Assembly (NCBI RefSeq): GCF_018977255.1 | Contig: NW_024704743.1 | Coordinates: 94,490,001-94,554,000 of the forward strand | DNA: 64,000 nt | DNA from: Callorhinchus milii | Taxonomy: Eukaryota | Direction: 5' to 3' | Shown: positions 24,623-37,231 of the stretch, in pieces | Position numbering within the stretch: the stretch's first letter is position 1 | How the letters are laid out: each line of letters starts with the position of its first letter | Translations under genes and position numbers: made by a program | The notes under the pieces: model-generated | Told to the model about the DNA's origin: nothing | The model's input: only the letters and a program-made list of their open reading frames with translations | The model's database searches: none

Positions 24623-24989
24623 CGAAGGGAGCAATCTTGCCTGACCAGCTTCATAGAAATTACTCTTTGAAGATTCAGGGTGTGTTATATTGCTCCTAAG
24701 TGTCACCCAGCAAACAATTTGTTGGAGGATGTGTTCATTTATAATGCAAATCTAATTCATTAAATGGAATCTTCAGTGAACTGAGAGACCTTCAACAACC
24801 ATTATTTAAGAATTGCAGCACTAAGAACTACAGCAGAGACATTAAAACAGCTGGTGCTGGTGCAAGGCTGAACACATAGCTCTGGCAAATTCAAAGGCAA
24901 AGTTGCATTTTCAATCCATGAAGAGAAACTCCTCCAAATGGTAAATCCCAGAGAGTATGGACCATTGGAATAAAATGTTCCCAACTTTG

Positions 24990-25098
24990 ATCTTTCCCCC
25001 CTGCTCGGGTCCTGACCCAACTGTCCAGCGCCTTGGGACGTCCTCCCCACGTGAAAGGCGCTCTATAAATGAAATCTTGTTGTTGTTTTTGTTGTTGT
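24990..25098 (+). mobile_element. L2 extreme 3' tail, young subfamily
   Basis: Matches the 3' UTR/tail of 8950-10080 and 21750-23197. Confidence 0.88.
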
Positions 25099-25654
25099 AT
25101 ACTAGGATATAGGGTTTAATCTATACATAACCAAGATTCCACACAATTGAAAATACATAAATTGTTGCTCTCCCAACTGGAGATAAGACTATTATTGGCA
25201 GTGTTACAGTATTAGCAAAGTGTTTGCAATGATATTGGACAGCTTTTAAAATTTCTATCTAATGTGGTGAAAACATCAGGTTGGCTGCTCTGTGACTGGG
25301 GATACTTGCAACATTATACATTTATAAACAGAGCTGAAATGTCATGTGATGGGAAAGTGTGATATGAAATACTTTCACTTGTGGTGCAATGTTTGACTCA
25401 CTTAAAACCTAATCTCCCACAATTTTTGCAATGTATTATGCTGATCGAGATTATTTTTCTGTTTATCCCTATCCAACCCCATCCTAACTATCTCAGAAAC
25501 ACATCTTATACAGCCTTTAACTGCTCAGTTTGATGGCACTTTTCAATCTTCCTATATCCAAATTAAAATCAGTGACGCGAATTGATAATCATTTAAGTAA
25601 CTTCAGTAACTTCAGGTTTAATCTTTTCATTTCCTTCACAAGAGTCATGATTGT

Positions 25655-26085
25655 TTGTTTTAAAAGAGTGTTTGGAATCTGAAATTCTTTGCCACAAATC
25701 AGTTTAAGAAGAATCCATAAATTCTTTTAAATGGAAATTAGATAATATCTGGAAAAGAATATGAAAGATGTGGGAAGCAAATATAAAGTGTGATTTGAGT
25801 GGGTGGCTCATGTGAAGAAAAGCACCAGCGCAAACTTGATCGGCAAATGGTTTCTTTCCTTGCTGTAACATTCTATCATTTTATAGCAATTATTGCTATT
25901 TAAGAAGTAAATTGGTGTTAAGTGTGCATGGTTGCAAGGCAATTATAAAGAAGCTTGACAAAGAGGAATATTAAAGGATGGGGAGTGAGCAGGAGAATAG
26001 GATTAGATTAGGTGTCTTGTGGTGATAAATATCAATATAAACTAAATGGGCCTATTTCTATGCTGTAACATTCTACGATTCTAAT
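25655..26085 (+). mobile_element. Old CR1 3' fragments (two)
   Basis: RVFGIWNSLP-like coding and the gggcc..tttct..tgctgtaacattcta tail present twice. Confidence 0.65.
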
Positions 26086-26235
26086 AAATGTCCCTGATCG
26101 TTTGTGAAATAACCAGTTTTGCTTCAATAAAAGTTTGCTTCAAGCATTGAGAGAAAGTTCATTGTTTCTATTGTCAAAATATTGTGAGAAATTGCAAAAT
26201 ATATCTTTGCACTTGAAAAATAAAATTGTGTGTTG

Positions 26236-27211
26236 GTCTGGCTCAATGGTAGCACTCTCGCCCTGAATTACAAGTTATGTTGGGTCATCACTGAGTCATA
26301 GTCTAAGCTGACACTCCAATGAGGTGCTGGGGGTGAATTGTATTGTCAGAGGTGCCATCCTTCAGATGAAATGTTAAACTTAGGTCTCGTCCGCCTGTTC
26401 AGGTGGACATCAAAGATCCCATGGCACTTTTCAAAAAGCGAAGGAAGTTTCTCCCAGTGTCCTGGCCAACTATTCCCATCGTAAAATTGGTCATTTGTTT
26501 CGTGGTTGTTTGTGGGACATTGCTGTGTCCATACGCTTTGGCTCCCGTCAACATCTTCTGACCTGCGGTTCTGGCATCTTCAACCTACCCGATCTGTCCT
26601 TAAAACTCTCTGAGCCCGTGCGCAACTTAGGCATTAGGTTCAATCCCCAATTATCCTTCCTCCCCACATTCGGTCCATGATCAGGACCGCTTTCCTCCAC
26701 CTCCGCCACATTGCCCGTCTCCGACAATACCTCACTCCACAAGACACCAAAACCCTTGTCCATGCCTTCATTACCTCTCGAGCTGGACTACTCTAACTCC
26801 CTTCTCACCGGTCTCACCTCCTCCATTATTCACAAAATTCAACTCATCCAAAACTCTGCCGCCTGCATTCTCACCCATACCAAACTCTGCACCCCAATTA
26901 CCCCAGTCCTTACCAAACTCCATTGGCTCCCTGACACAGAGCGGATCGACTTCAAGATTCTCACTCACGTGTTTAAATCCATCCATGCGTTGGCGCCTTC
27001 CTATCTCTCCAACCTTCTCTCTCCTCAAGGAGACCTGCTGCCTCCGCTGGCTTGGCATTGGGCTCCACCATTGTTCAGCGCTCCGGGATGCCACCCGGCA
27101 TGGAGGGTGCTATATAAATGTAAGTTGTTGTTGTGTGCAATTGTGGGCTCCCACGTTTGCCTACAAATATAGAATGCACTATTCCACTTTGGGTCGTCCT
27201 CCTGATGTGAA
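26236..27211 (+). mobile_element. Deu-domain SINE (26236-26528, resumes 27135-27211) interrupted by an L2 fragment (26529-27134)
   Basis: Deu core gaggtgccatccttcagatgaaatgttaaac..aaagatcccatggcacttttc. The host motif ttgctgtg|tgcaatt is split by an L2 with LDYSNSLL..LHWLP..RIDFKIL. Confidence 0.85.
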
Positions 27212-28494
27212 TTTTTTTTAACAAAATATATATATTTATTGATATATATTTATGCTTATCTCAGACAGTATCAAACCCATTACAAAAAAATGCCGCAGCT
27301 TGTTATTATCTCATTACAGAACCCAACAGACCTGGCCCCTTGCGGCAGTGGGAGGGTGGGGGGCCTCTGCGCACACCACTTTGATGGAGGGAACAAGGCT
27401 TCTCTGTCTTGAGGTTCTGCCGCATCCCTATTAGTGGGGAGTGCGGACACGTTCACAGCACACAGGCTGTGCCAACACTTTTTAGGGACGTTCCCTTTAA
27501 CACAGTCGGGAATCGCACCTGTGTGCACTACATCCATGAGCACACCCGCAAACACCTGGATAAAGTGCACTTGCCACTTTCGGATGGCTCCCCGATGTGC
27601 ACAAGCGGTTACCCAAACAGACATCCAGAAACCTCTCAAACACCAACACATATACATACACTATCTACCCAACTAGGCCCACCCCTATTCCCATGGTGTC
27701 CCTGCTGGGGTTCTGTTCCCTTTATCTACAGGGAGCAGTTACACGGGTGAGCTAGTCCGGGCACTGCTGTCCTTTTACAGGACGATGTGCTTTACCTTTC
27801 TTCCTGGTGCTCCACCTTTTATGGGGGGCACGGGTGGCAGGCATACATACATTTTCGGGATGCTCTTTGGTTCCTCGGTACATTTACATGGTTGCACAAA
27901 TGTTTATTCACAGTTTTGGGTGTGCTCGTGGGTTACCCGGTGAGCGCCCTGATGTTTCCCTCTCACTGGTAGGGACCCTGGCACGTGGGGATGTGACGCC
28001 GACGTGAGCCCGGCTAGTGCAAGAGCAGCTCTGGCTGGGGTCAAGCCCCATCTGGCCTTTGCCGCAGCTGAGCCGAACTTCAGTGTGTCCCTCAGTACAT
28101 AGTCTCTGATCCTAGCGTGCGTGAGCCTGAGTTAGGCCATCTCCACCCCCTCGTTCTGCTGGAAGACCGCCAGGTTTCAGGAGCCAAAGGGCCTGCTTCA
28201 CCGAGTTGATGATCCTCCAGACGCACTCCATATGGGTTTTACTGTGGGTTCCCAGGAAGAGGCCATACAGCACAGAGAACCGTGACAGCGGGTTCCCAGG
28301 GATGAACCGTGAGAGCAGCCATTCTACCTGATTCCAAACCGTCTTTGCGAAACAACACTCCAGGAAGAGGTGGTCCATGGTCTCCTCACCTCTGCAGCCG
28401 GCCCGAGGGCAGCACTGACTCAACTGTGCATGAAAGCCCTGGGGGGGAGGGCCTTTTTATCACCAACCAACCTTGTCCTGATGGTTTTTGGAGA
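27212..28494 (-). mobile_element. Tx1-clade LINE 3' fragment (ORF2 zinc-finger C-terminus, long 3' UTR, polyA)
   Basis: CPRAGCRGEETMDHLFLECCFAKTVW (C-x4-C..E-T-x-x-H-L-F-x-x-C), then VKQALW..DYVLRDTLKFGSAAAKARWG; minus-strand AATAAA (plus tttatt ~27235) and A-tail at 27212-27219. Confidence 0.88.
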
Positions 28495-28813
28495 ATAATA
28501 ATAATAATCCTTGCATTTGACATAGCGCTTTTCACGTCTTCTAGACGTCCCAAAGCACTTCACAGAATATATTGTAACGTGAATTAACTGTATATTTGTG
28601 GGCGAACGCGGCAGCCAATTGCGCACAGCAGTGTCCCACAAACAGTCGTAGATTGAAAATAACCAATTTTTATTATTGTTTTTTGTTTTGGAGGGATTAT
28701 TACTAGGCGTGTGGAGTAAGGAAACTTGCCCAAGGTTTCGCCCTGCCTGGAATTGAACTCAGGTCTCTCACTTGCAAAGCGATGCTCTAACCACTGAGCT
28801 ACAGGACTCCACA
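28495..28813 (-). mobile_element. tRNA-headed SINE, short form, full length
   Basis: Reverse complement of 16290-16615. Confidence 0.95.
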
Positions 28814-29059
28814 ATGTGAAGGTGCAACACCAATGCAAATACCAGGGTAATGTGTTCTGCTGCCACTCTCTTTCCAATCTTCACCTGTGCCTGTGACCAC
28901 TTTCCTCTATGCATTCCTACTTTCTCTTTCATGTTACTGCTTTGCTTCACTCCAGTACACTCCTCAAAAGACGCAATCTATTGCTGCATTGCTTAGGAGC
29001 TCACAGCTTTCCTAACTCACCGAGGCTCAAACATTCTTTTTTCTAATGTTTTTCATTTT

Positions 29060-29815
29060 TAATAATAATAGTCTTTGCATTTGATAATAGTACTTTTCAT
29101 GTCAGGAGGAATGTCTCAAAGCATTTCACAGGATTTACTGTAAATTTTATCAATTGTGCACTTAGTAGGTGATCGTAGAAGCCAGTATGCACACCGTAAT
29201 GTCTCACAAACAGCCATGAAGTGAATGACTAATTTTATCCGGGAAATTGTTGGCCAGGACACTGGGAGAAACTTCTTTCGGTTTTTATTTGGTATAATGT
29301 GGAGTCCTGTAGCTCAGTGGTTAGAGCACTCACCTCGCAAGTGAGAGACTTGGGTTTAAATCCCGGCAGGGTGAAACCTTGGGCAAGTTTCCTTACTCCA
29401 CATGTCTGATAATAATCCTCAAGAAAATAAATAGATAAATTGGTCATTTTAATCCATAACTGTTTGTGGGACAATGATGTGCGCAATAGGCTGCTGCATT
29501 TCGCCCACAAATATACAGTTAATTCACTTTACAGTCTATTCTGTGAAGCACTTTGAGACGTTGAGAAGACGTAAAAAATGCTATATCAAATGCAAGGATT
29601 ATTATTATAATGGGTTATTTAATGTCTACTTCAAAAGGCAGGTGGGATCTTAGTTTAACATCTCATCCAAAGGGTGGCATCACTCACAAGGCTGCACCCT
29701 CTCGCGCTGCATTCAAGTGTCAGCCCAGACTATGAGAACAAAGTCTTGACTTGGGTGCTTGAACCCACATCCTTCTGACTCAGAGGTGGGAGTGCTACCA
29801 GTTGAGCCAGGCTGG
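29060..29815 (-). mobile_element. Deu-domain SINE interrupted by a short-form SINE
   Basis: Tail at 29060-29140, body to 29297, resumes 29610-29815 with the Deu core and head. Confidence 0.8.
29298..29610 (+). mobile_element. tRNA-headed SINE, short form
   Basis: Head, body and tail as in 16290-16615. Confidence 0.93.
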
Positions 29816-30340
29816 TAACTTTTTAAATCACATGCAAAAATATATTCCGCATATTACTATTTATAATTTGACCTCATTCAAAATATTTAGGTTTTGGGCA
29901 CACAAACTACTGCTCACAGAACTTGAAATTTTGAGCTCACTTTTTACATACCATGAACGTAAAATAAAATAAATTACCTTTGGTAATAAAAGCAAATAAA
30001 AGGTTGAATATTCAAGCACAAACACATAAGACAATTCAGGTATTTTGAAAAGAAAGGCATATATTCAATGAAACTGTAAAGACACTGAAATAATGAGACT
30101 TGGTAGAAAATATAAGAGATCCTTCACATTCACTTTTTTATATAAGAAAACGTTTTTTTTAATGTATAACCTACTGTATAAACAAATTGCCAATAGATAT
30201 TAGTGGAATATCTTTGCCAATGATTAATTATGGGATCTTAATCGACTATGTGAATAAATTGTTCTCGCTGTGTATCCTACAAAGCTATTCAGTATTAATA
30301 AAGTGTGGAAGACTTTATCCTGTGGCTAGGTAGTCAATAA

Positions 30341-30359
30341 TGACCACAAGGTGGTGCTA
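30341..30359 (+). promoter_or_regulatory. CTCF-like motif
   Basis: TGACCACAAGGTGGTGCTA closely matches the CTCF core CCASYAGRKGGCRS; lies in non-repeat DNA. Confidence 0.45.
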
Positions 30360-31698
30360 TTCTCACCTCATGCACATTGAATTGACTACCTCCTGCATAA
30401 TACATCCCAGATTTAACTTCATATTATTTGTGCAAGAATTATTTGTTTAAAGTATTTCAACATGCTTCACATTGTAAAACCACTCACTGACACTGGAATT
30501 TTTTTTACAAAAAAATCATCGATGCAAATTTGTTATCAGTTTAAACTGTAATCTTAAAATTAGCAAATTGGCTATGAAAATCTGTCTTTGTGGAGGTTTT
30601 ATTATTCCAGTATTTTGTTATAATCATCCGACTATGTTTAGATAATTCACGGTTAGAAAAAGATTAGAAAAATAAAATAAATCCTTGCAATTGATATTTT
30701 ATTTATAAATGCAACCTCCTTCATGCTGAGAATTGTTTTAAAAACAAAGATATTCCTTTTAAAGTTGAATCAATGAAGGATATCTTGCAGAATACAGCAG
30801 AAATTACAATTTGCTTCACCAAAAACGGTACAAAATAATTCCAGCAAGTGACATACATCCCCCTGAATAAAATCATCTACTTTTAATTTATGCTTGATTT
30901 GGGGTTTAGAGGGGTGAAGGATTGTACTCACCTATGTGAAAGTGCCCAATGTGGGATGATGGGATGTTTTTTCCACCTTGGGAACTTATCAAGTAGCCTT
31001 AACTGAAGCCTGACAATCACAGTCAGATGGCGAGTGAAATAATCCCTACTCCAACAATGGTATAGAAAATACAATATTCAAACAGAAATCACTGTAACTT
31101 TTGGTTTGCAAATAAAATTGAGGGAACTTCACAAAAAAGTGGTATTGAAATGCAAATCAGGTAGCAGCCTGGCTCAGTTTGTAGCACTTTGGTCTCTCAG
31201 TCAGAAGGCTGTAGATTCAAGTCCCATGTTGGTACTTTAAATTTATATAAGCCAGGCTGATACTCCAAAACAATGTCAGGGGAGCGCAGATTGCTTTTCA
31301 AATTATGGTTGGATTTTAGATTCTTTTCTCGGCCAATAAAAGCAAATGAGTCATTATTGGTGCTGGAATATCCAGTTTACGAGTGTTAGATTTCCAACCC
31401 CAATGTTCACATACCCTGACCTTAGAGTGAATTGGAAATTCCCACTTTTACCAGCCATCCCTGTGTCTCTTAGTGCTGAGCCATGGAAACCATGGTACAT
31501 TGCGAATTTGTACTAATCAGGTTTAAAAACATATACATTAAAGACTGAGTTATTTCCGAGGAACAAAAAGTCAAAACATCTGTATTTCTGGTGGTGGAAT
31601 GCATTGTTGAGCCAACACCTTATCTAACAGAGTGAAAGGAATATGGTTTACATCTGCGGTTCTCACACCATGCGTTCCAAATTTCAGTGTTGGGGTAG

Positions 31699-32018
31699 TG
31701 GGAGTCCTCCAGCTCAGTGGTTAGAGCACTCGCCTTGCAAGCGAGACACCTGGGTTCAATTCCAGGCAGGGCGAAACCTTGGGCAAGTTTCCTTACTCCA
31801 CACGCCTAATAATAATCCCTCCAAAACAAAAAACATTAATAAATTGTTCATTTTCAATCTACGACTCTTTGTGGGACACTGCTGTGCGCATTTGGCTGCT
31901 GCGTTTCGCCTACAAATATACGGTCAATTCACCTTACAGCATATTCTGTGAAGCGCTTTGAGACGTCGAGAAGACATGAAAAGCGCTATATCAAATGCAA
32001 GGATTATTATTATTATTA
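31699..32018 (+). mobile_element. tRNA-headed SINE, short form
   Basis: Head, body and tail as in 16290-16615. Confidence 0.95.
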
Positions 32019-33094
32019 AGGCATGTCTCCAGAAAATAGGAACAGTTCAGAGAACAAGTTACAGATGCTGCTCTTAATGCACCCCAGTGGTTGGCTCAAC
32101 CACAATTTTGACAGTCACTTTGAGCATAGATTTGCCTGCCTGTGTCTGAATTATTTCCGGCAGTGGTGGTGTCTGGGGCCCACGGGATCAGCCTAGAAAG
32201 GTGTGAAAAATGATTTCAGTTTCAGAAGTTTTGACCTCTTTTGGTATTCAGTTCTCTGCTCAGTCTGTGTGAATATGAATATGTTTTGAATATTGAATAC
32301 TCATTCAATAAAGGCTGAGTCTATGGTAAATTTGGTCTCAATACATATTTGGCATATGAGAATGACATTTTACATTGGATTGTTCAGAGCTGGGGTCCTG
32401 TGTTTGGACCTTTTAATATTCAAAAGGTTTCATTTTTGTCACTCTGCCCTTGAGGGAATTGAGAGCTCAGAATCTTCCTGCCAGAATATCTGTCAGAGCC
32501 TACGTAAAACTTGACGTTTATTGCCTCGGATAGCAACAGGAAAGGAGTCATAAGTGAGAGAAGAAAACACGTTGATGTTTGACTTTGATTAATTTAACTA
32601 TTTTATAGTCTGATCCGAAAGAAAGAATATGTTCAGTTTAACTGGGAAGATCCATAATCATTAGAGAGTCATTTGACTGCTTCTGACAGCACAGGACAGA
32701 ACAGAAGTGACGTGCACTTTGTCAAGGTAAACAGACAATAAATAATATAAAGTGTTGGGTTTCAACTACTCAGTTGGTTTTTATTGTTTTGTTCAGTATT
32801 TTTGCTCTAATTTTCCAGCTTTTTTTTCTTTAATGATTTTGTAAACATCAATAAGATGAAAAGATTGGTTTCAAATAAAACAAAATACTAGAACATTGCC
32901 ATTTACTGGATTGTTCCTTAGCAGGGAGCAAAGGTCAGATGTTAGAGATTTGCCAGCTTTTCGCTCTCCAATCCACAACAAAGGATCCAGAAAGCTGTGC
33001 AGGTCTCTGGAGAAATTGGTTTAAGAGAGTAAACACAACTAGAAAGGTGCTCCTATAGACACCTTTCTTATGTTCTTATAAACACTATAGAACA

Positions 33095-33400
33095 TCACAG
33101 GTTGTTTCAACTTGTCCAGAATAGTAAAACCAGAGGGCACGGCCTGCGATTGAAGGGGGAAATTCAGAACGAATCTACGCAAACACTATTTCAGTGAGCG
33201 AATAGTGAACCTGTGGAACAGGCTCCCTAGGGTGTCGGTTGAAGCAGGAAGTGTTGATTCTTTCAAACACAGATTAGATGGTTTTCTTTTAGGAAACAGC
33301 ATTACGGGATATAGTACATAGATAGTTTGGGACATATGTGCATGCGACCATTAGCTGGACCTTGGTCGTTTTTCATCTAGTATTTCTTATGTTTTTATGT
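33095..33400 (+). mobile_element. CR1 3' fragment
   Basis: KTRGHGLRLKG..RKHYFSERIVNLWNRLP..SFKHRLD coding. Confidence 0.88.
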
Positions 33401-33579
33401 AGAGTACTGTAGTCAAGTAAACTATGAGCAAGCAGCGCTGCTAAGAGGAGAAGGAAGGAAAGGTGCAAGTCTGATTAACGTCTTGGAGCACAAGAGGCCC
33501 AGGCAGTGCTGAGTAAATTTGAATTTGAGAAATACAGTAATACTGTTTGTACTCAAACTTGATAAGACTAAATGTTTTA

Positions 33580-33990
33580 TGTGGCTTCCTGTTGCTGAAC
33601 GGATTGATTTCAAGATCCTCACATAACGTTTTCAAATCTCTTCATGCCCTAGAACCTCCCTACCTCTCTGACCTACTTATCCCCCAACCACTACCCATTG
33701 CCTCCACTCGACTGGCTCTGGCCTTCTGCATGTCCCTTGTGCCCTCTGTTCCACCATTGGTGGCTGCGCTTTCAGCCACTATGCCCCAAAACCTGGAACT
33801 CTTCCTTTATTCCTCCGCTTTGCCTCTTCCTTCCCTATCTTCAGGACACGCATGAAGACCTTCCTCTTTGACCGTTCCTATGGTCAGCTCCCCCTCCCTT
33901 CTCTCAGAGTCGTGCTCCACCACTGTGAAGCGCTCTGGGATGCTGCCCTGCATGAGGGCTGCTATATAAATGTAAGTTGTTTTTGTTGAC
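33580..33990 (+). mobile_element. L2 3' fragment (second tail type)
   Basis: ERIDFKIL..FKSLHALEPPYLSDLL; tail gcgctctgggatgctgccctgcatgagggctgct. Confidence 0.88.
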
Positions 33991-34059
33991 ATTTAGCAAT
34001 TCTTTAAAAATAGTTTTAAAGTTGTTAAAGAACAACTTGTTCTTTAGCATCCGCAGATT

Positions 34060-34600
34060 AATCACATCCAGGTTCGACTATGCCTATTCCCTGCTTGTCG
34101 TCCTTCCCAACTCATCCCTCCACAAGCTGCAGATTATCCAGAGCTCTGCAGCTTGTGTCCTAGAGGATAGAGTTCAAAATTCTTGCCTTCACCTTCAAGG
34201 CCCTCCATAGCCTTGCTCCTTCCTACCACTGTGACCTGCTAACCTCATGTCAATCTGTCCACTCCCTCCGATCAGCAGTCTCTGGCCTGTTCCATGTCAC
34301 CCGCACTGCCCCCACCAACTCCCCCACCATTGGCAGTCGGGCCTTCAGCATCTCTGCCCCCACTCTTTGGAAATCCATCCCACATTCTCTTTGCCTCGCT
34401 CCCGCTCCCTCCCTTGCCTCCTTCAAGGCACGCATCAAAACCATCCTCTTCGACCGCGCCTTTGGCCACCCTCCTACCTTCTCTGCTCTCCACCCTCCCT
34501 GATCCCAACCCCCAGCTTGGGTCCAAATCACTGACTGTCCAGTGCCTTGGGACGTCCTCCCGACGTGAAAGGCGCTTTACAAATGTAATTTTGTGTTCTA
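34060..34600 (+). mobile_element. L2 3' fragment
   Basis: ITSRFDYAYSLL..LHKLQIIQ; canonical tail. Confidence 0.9.
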
Positions 34601-35046
34601 TCATTGAAGCAATTGTATACAGAGTTAACAGTCACAGGAGCAAAAGCAGGACTGCAGCAAAGCAACAGGAGAAGAGGCCACAGGTAAATAGAACTATTTT
34701 TGACACTCAATTTCCACTCATCAGTGTATTTTCTAATATTACCGGCAGCTTGCTGACATACAGGGAATAACTTGGTTTTGTCTAGAAACAGCAGCTTGTG
34801 GTCAGATTACAGGTAAATTAAATTACTGTAATGATTTACAAACTTGAAAGTTATCCAGCAAAAGCAGTTCACACACATTGGTTTGCCAATACCCTTGAAT
34901 GAGATTACGCTTGATGTTTTTGATCTAGGTCACTTTGAAGTTTACTGTTTCTAATGTTTCATGGCATTAAAACTAGTCATCTGAGTCATGGTCTGCATTG
35001 ACTGAAGCTACTGCTGACAACATCTAATCTCTGTGTTTTAAAGATG

Positions 35047-35455
35047 TCAGTCTGGCTCAGTTGGTAGCATTCTTGCCTTTGAGTCAGAAAAGGGGCTTAA
35101 GGTTGTGGGTTTGAGCCCCATGTGGGAGATTTTAAGATCATAGTCTAGGCTGACACTATAATGCACTGGGAGGGGAAGCCATGCATTATTAGTGTGCCAT
35201 CCTTCAGATAAGATGTTAAGACGAGGTCTTATCAGTTTGTTCAGGTGGACGTTAAAGATTTCATAGCATTATTTCAAAAGAGAACAGAATTTCTCCTGGT
35301 GTCCTCCCAACAATCCTCCAGATAAAATTGGTTGTTTGGAATGCATAGGTTGACTGCTATATTTACCTACAAAATGCACAGTTACTACACTTTATAATAA
35401 ACCTTTGAGACATGACATGAAACGTGCAATATCAAATGTGAGGATTTTTATTTTT
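35047..35455 (+). mobile_element. Deu-domain SINE
   Basis: Head tggctcagttggtagca, core gtgccatccttcagataagatgttaag..ttcaggtggacgttaaagat, degenerate tail. Confidence 0.85.
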
Positions 35456-35551
35456 AGTTGCCTCAGATTCACATTGATGACATCACTCATAATACATGCT
35501 GTTCTGACTAATAATTGCTGAAACTTTCCAGTGTTTTCATTGTCACACATA

Positions 35552-35855
35552 GTGGAGTCCTGCAGCATATTGATTAGAGCACTCGCCTCACAGGAGAGAG
35601 GACACAGGTTTGATTCCCTTTTCCTCGCCTCCTTCAAAGTCTGCCTCAACACCTTCCTCTTTGACTACACCTTCGGTCATTCCCCCACCCCCCACCCTCC
35701 TCACACCCCCTCACGCCCTCCTCACCCCCCTTTCCCCCCTCCTCAGTCCCCATACCCAGTTTGGGTGCAAACCCCGGTCTGTCCAGTGCCTTGGGAAGGC
35801 CTCTCGATATGGAAGGCACTATATAAATGTAAATTTGTTGTTGATGTTGTTGAGG
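35552..35855 (+). mobile_element. SINE tRNA head (35552-35618) fused to an L2 3' end (35619-35855)
   Basis: gtggagtcctgcagc..ttagagcactcgcc..ggtttgattccc, then LASFKVCLNTFLF-coding L2 end and (TTG)n. Confidence 0.8.
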
Positions 35856-36261
35856 TGTAAACTATATATAAACACATGACTTACACATACCCTTAAATAT
35901 GTAATTACAGTAACAACCAATGGAAAGGAAACAGCTGATATTGTAAAGCACATTCTGACAGAGTCATTGTGTTTCTATAGTTTCCTATATTAATTAAAAA
36001 ACACCATTATTAATGTAGGAAACAATAGAACAATATGGAGGAATCTGATGGCACAGGGTGGCCCCATTAGAATGTACCACATGGATTAGAGCACAGTCTA
36101 ACTGTAGACCCTGCTGGAAGCGTTGTAGGAATCTGGGAACATAGGAATTGATAGACTAAAAAAGACCAAGGTCCATCTAATCTGCCTTTTATCATCCTGG
36201 TAGTCGCATGCTACAATAATGGAGATGTTTGGATGGAGACATTAATGGAGATGTTAATGGA

Positions 36262-36540
36262 GAACATCGGTGTCTGGGCTTTCAGCCTCTCTGCCCCCAT
36301 ACTCTGGAACTCCATCCCACGGTCCCTTCGCCTCGCTTCCTCCCTTGCTTCCTTCAAGGCCGGTCTCAAGACCCTTCTCTTCGATCATGCCTTTGGTCTC
36401 CCTCCCAACTCTCTGCCTTCCCTCACCCCTCCACCACCCCTCCCCCATTCTCGGGCCCCGACACCTGACTGTTCAGCGCTTTGGGACATCCTCCCAAGTG
36501 AAATGCGCTCTATAAATGTAATTTTGTTGTTGTTGATGTT
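36262..36540 (+). mobile_element. L2 3' end, preceded by a minus-strand CR1 tail at ~36135-36225
   Basis: [35 protein letters not shown]; tail. Confidence 0.9.
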
Positions 36541-36954
36541 GATAGCAATTAATTCTGTATGGATTAGTCTACCATCTTCCATGCCCAGCTTCTGGACCCA
36601 GACGACCAAGATACTCAGGGGTTGCCCTTTACCTTGCATTTCCTTGATAATTGATGATAATTTGCTTGATGAGGCCAAAATACTTTGTAAAAAGTCAACA
36701 ATGCTTTTTATCCTTGGGTTATGTTGACACATGAGATACCTTCTAAATGCCTCTGCAGTCTTCACATTCAACAATGCCGCTTCTTTTCCAGCTTCAGTCC
36801 TCCGCATGTAATGAATGAGCCTTGGCAGCACCCGTAAATGAATAGGCCTGCGGCAAAATAACCAGAGCGAAGGTCAGAAGTAGCATCTGAATGTCAGACA
36901 ACTTCTTCATGCTCATCTGCAAGAGCAGGGCCTCTTAGTTACACTGTTAGAGTT

Positions 36955-37230
36955 CCAATGCTGGGTGTGCTGCACTGTTGGAGGTGTTGTCCTTCAGATG
37001 AGAAGTTAAAGCAAGGTCTTGTCTCTCTGTTCAGGTGGCAGTTAAAGATCCAAAAGAGAAGGGTATTCTGGTCAACAATCCCCTAAATAAAATTGGTCAT
37101 TCACTTCTTGGCTGTTTATAGGTCACTGTGAGCACTATCTGACTGTCACATTTGCCGACAAAATACCCACAACTCACTACACTTTACAGTAAATCCTGTG
37201 AAACGATTGAGAAGTTCTAATAATGTGATA
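36955..37230 (+). mobile_element. Deu-domain SINE, 5'-truncated
   Basis: ggaggtgttgtccttcagatgagaagttaaa..ttcaggtggcagttaaagatcc core. Confidence 0.78.
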
Positions 37231-37231
37231 A

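Noticed and set aside
36385..36916. 148-aa minus ORF and an overlapping short hydrophobic ORF (MSMKKLSDIQMLLLTFALVILPQAYS..)
   Set aside because: The long ORF ends in antisense L2, starts at a non-ATG codon and has no recognisable homology. The short one stops after 40 codons with no supporting gene structure.
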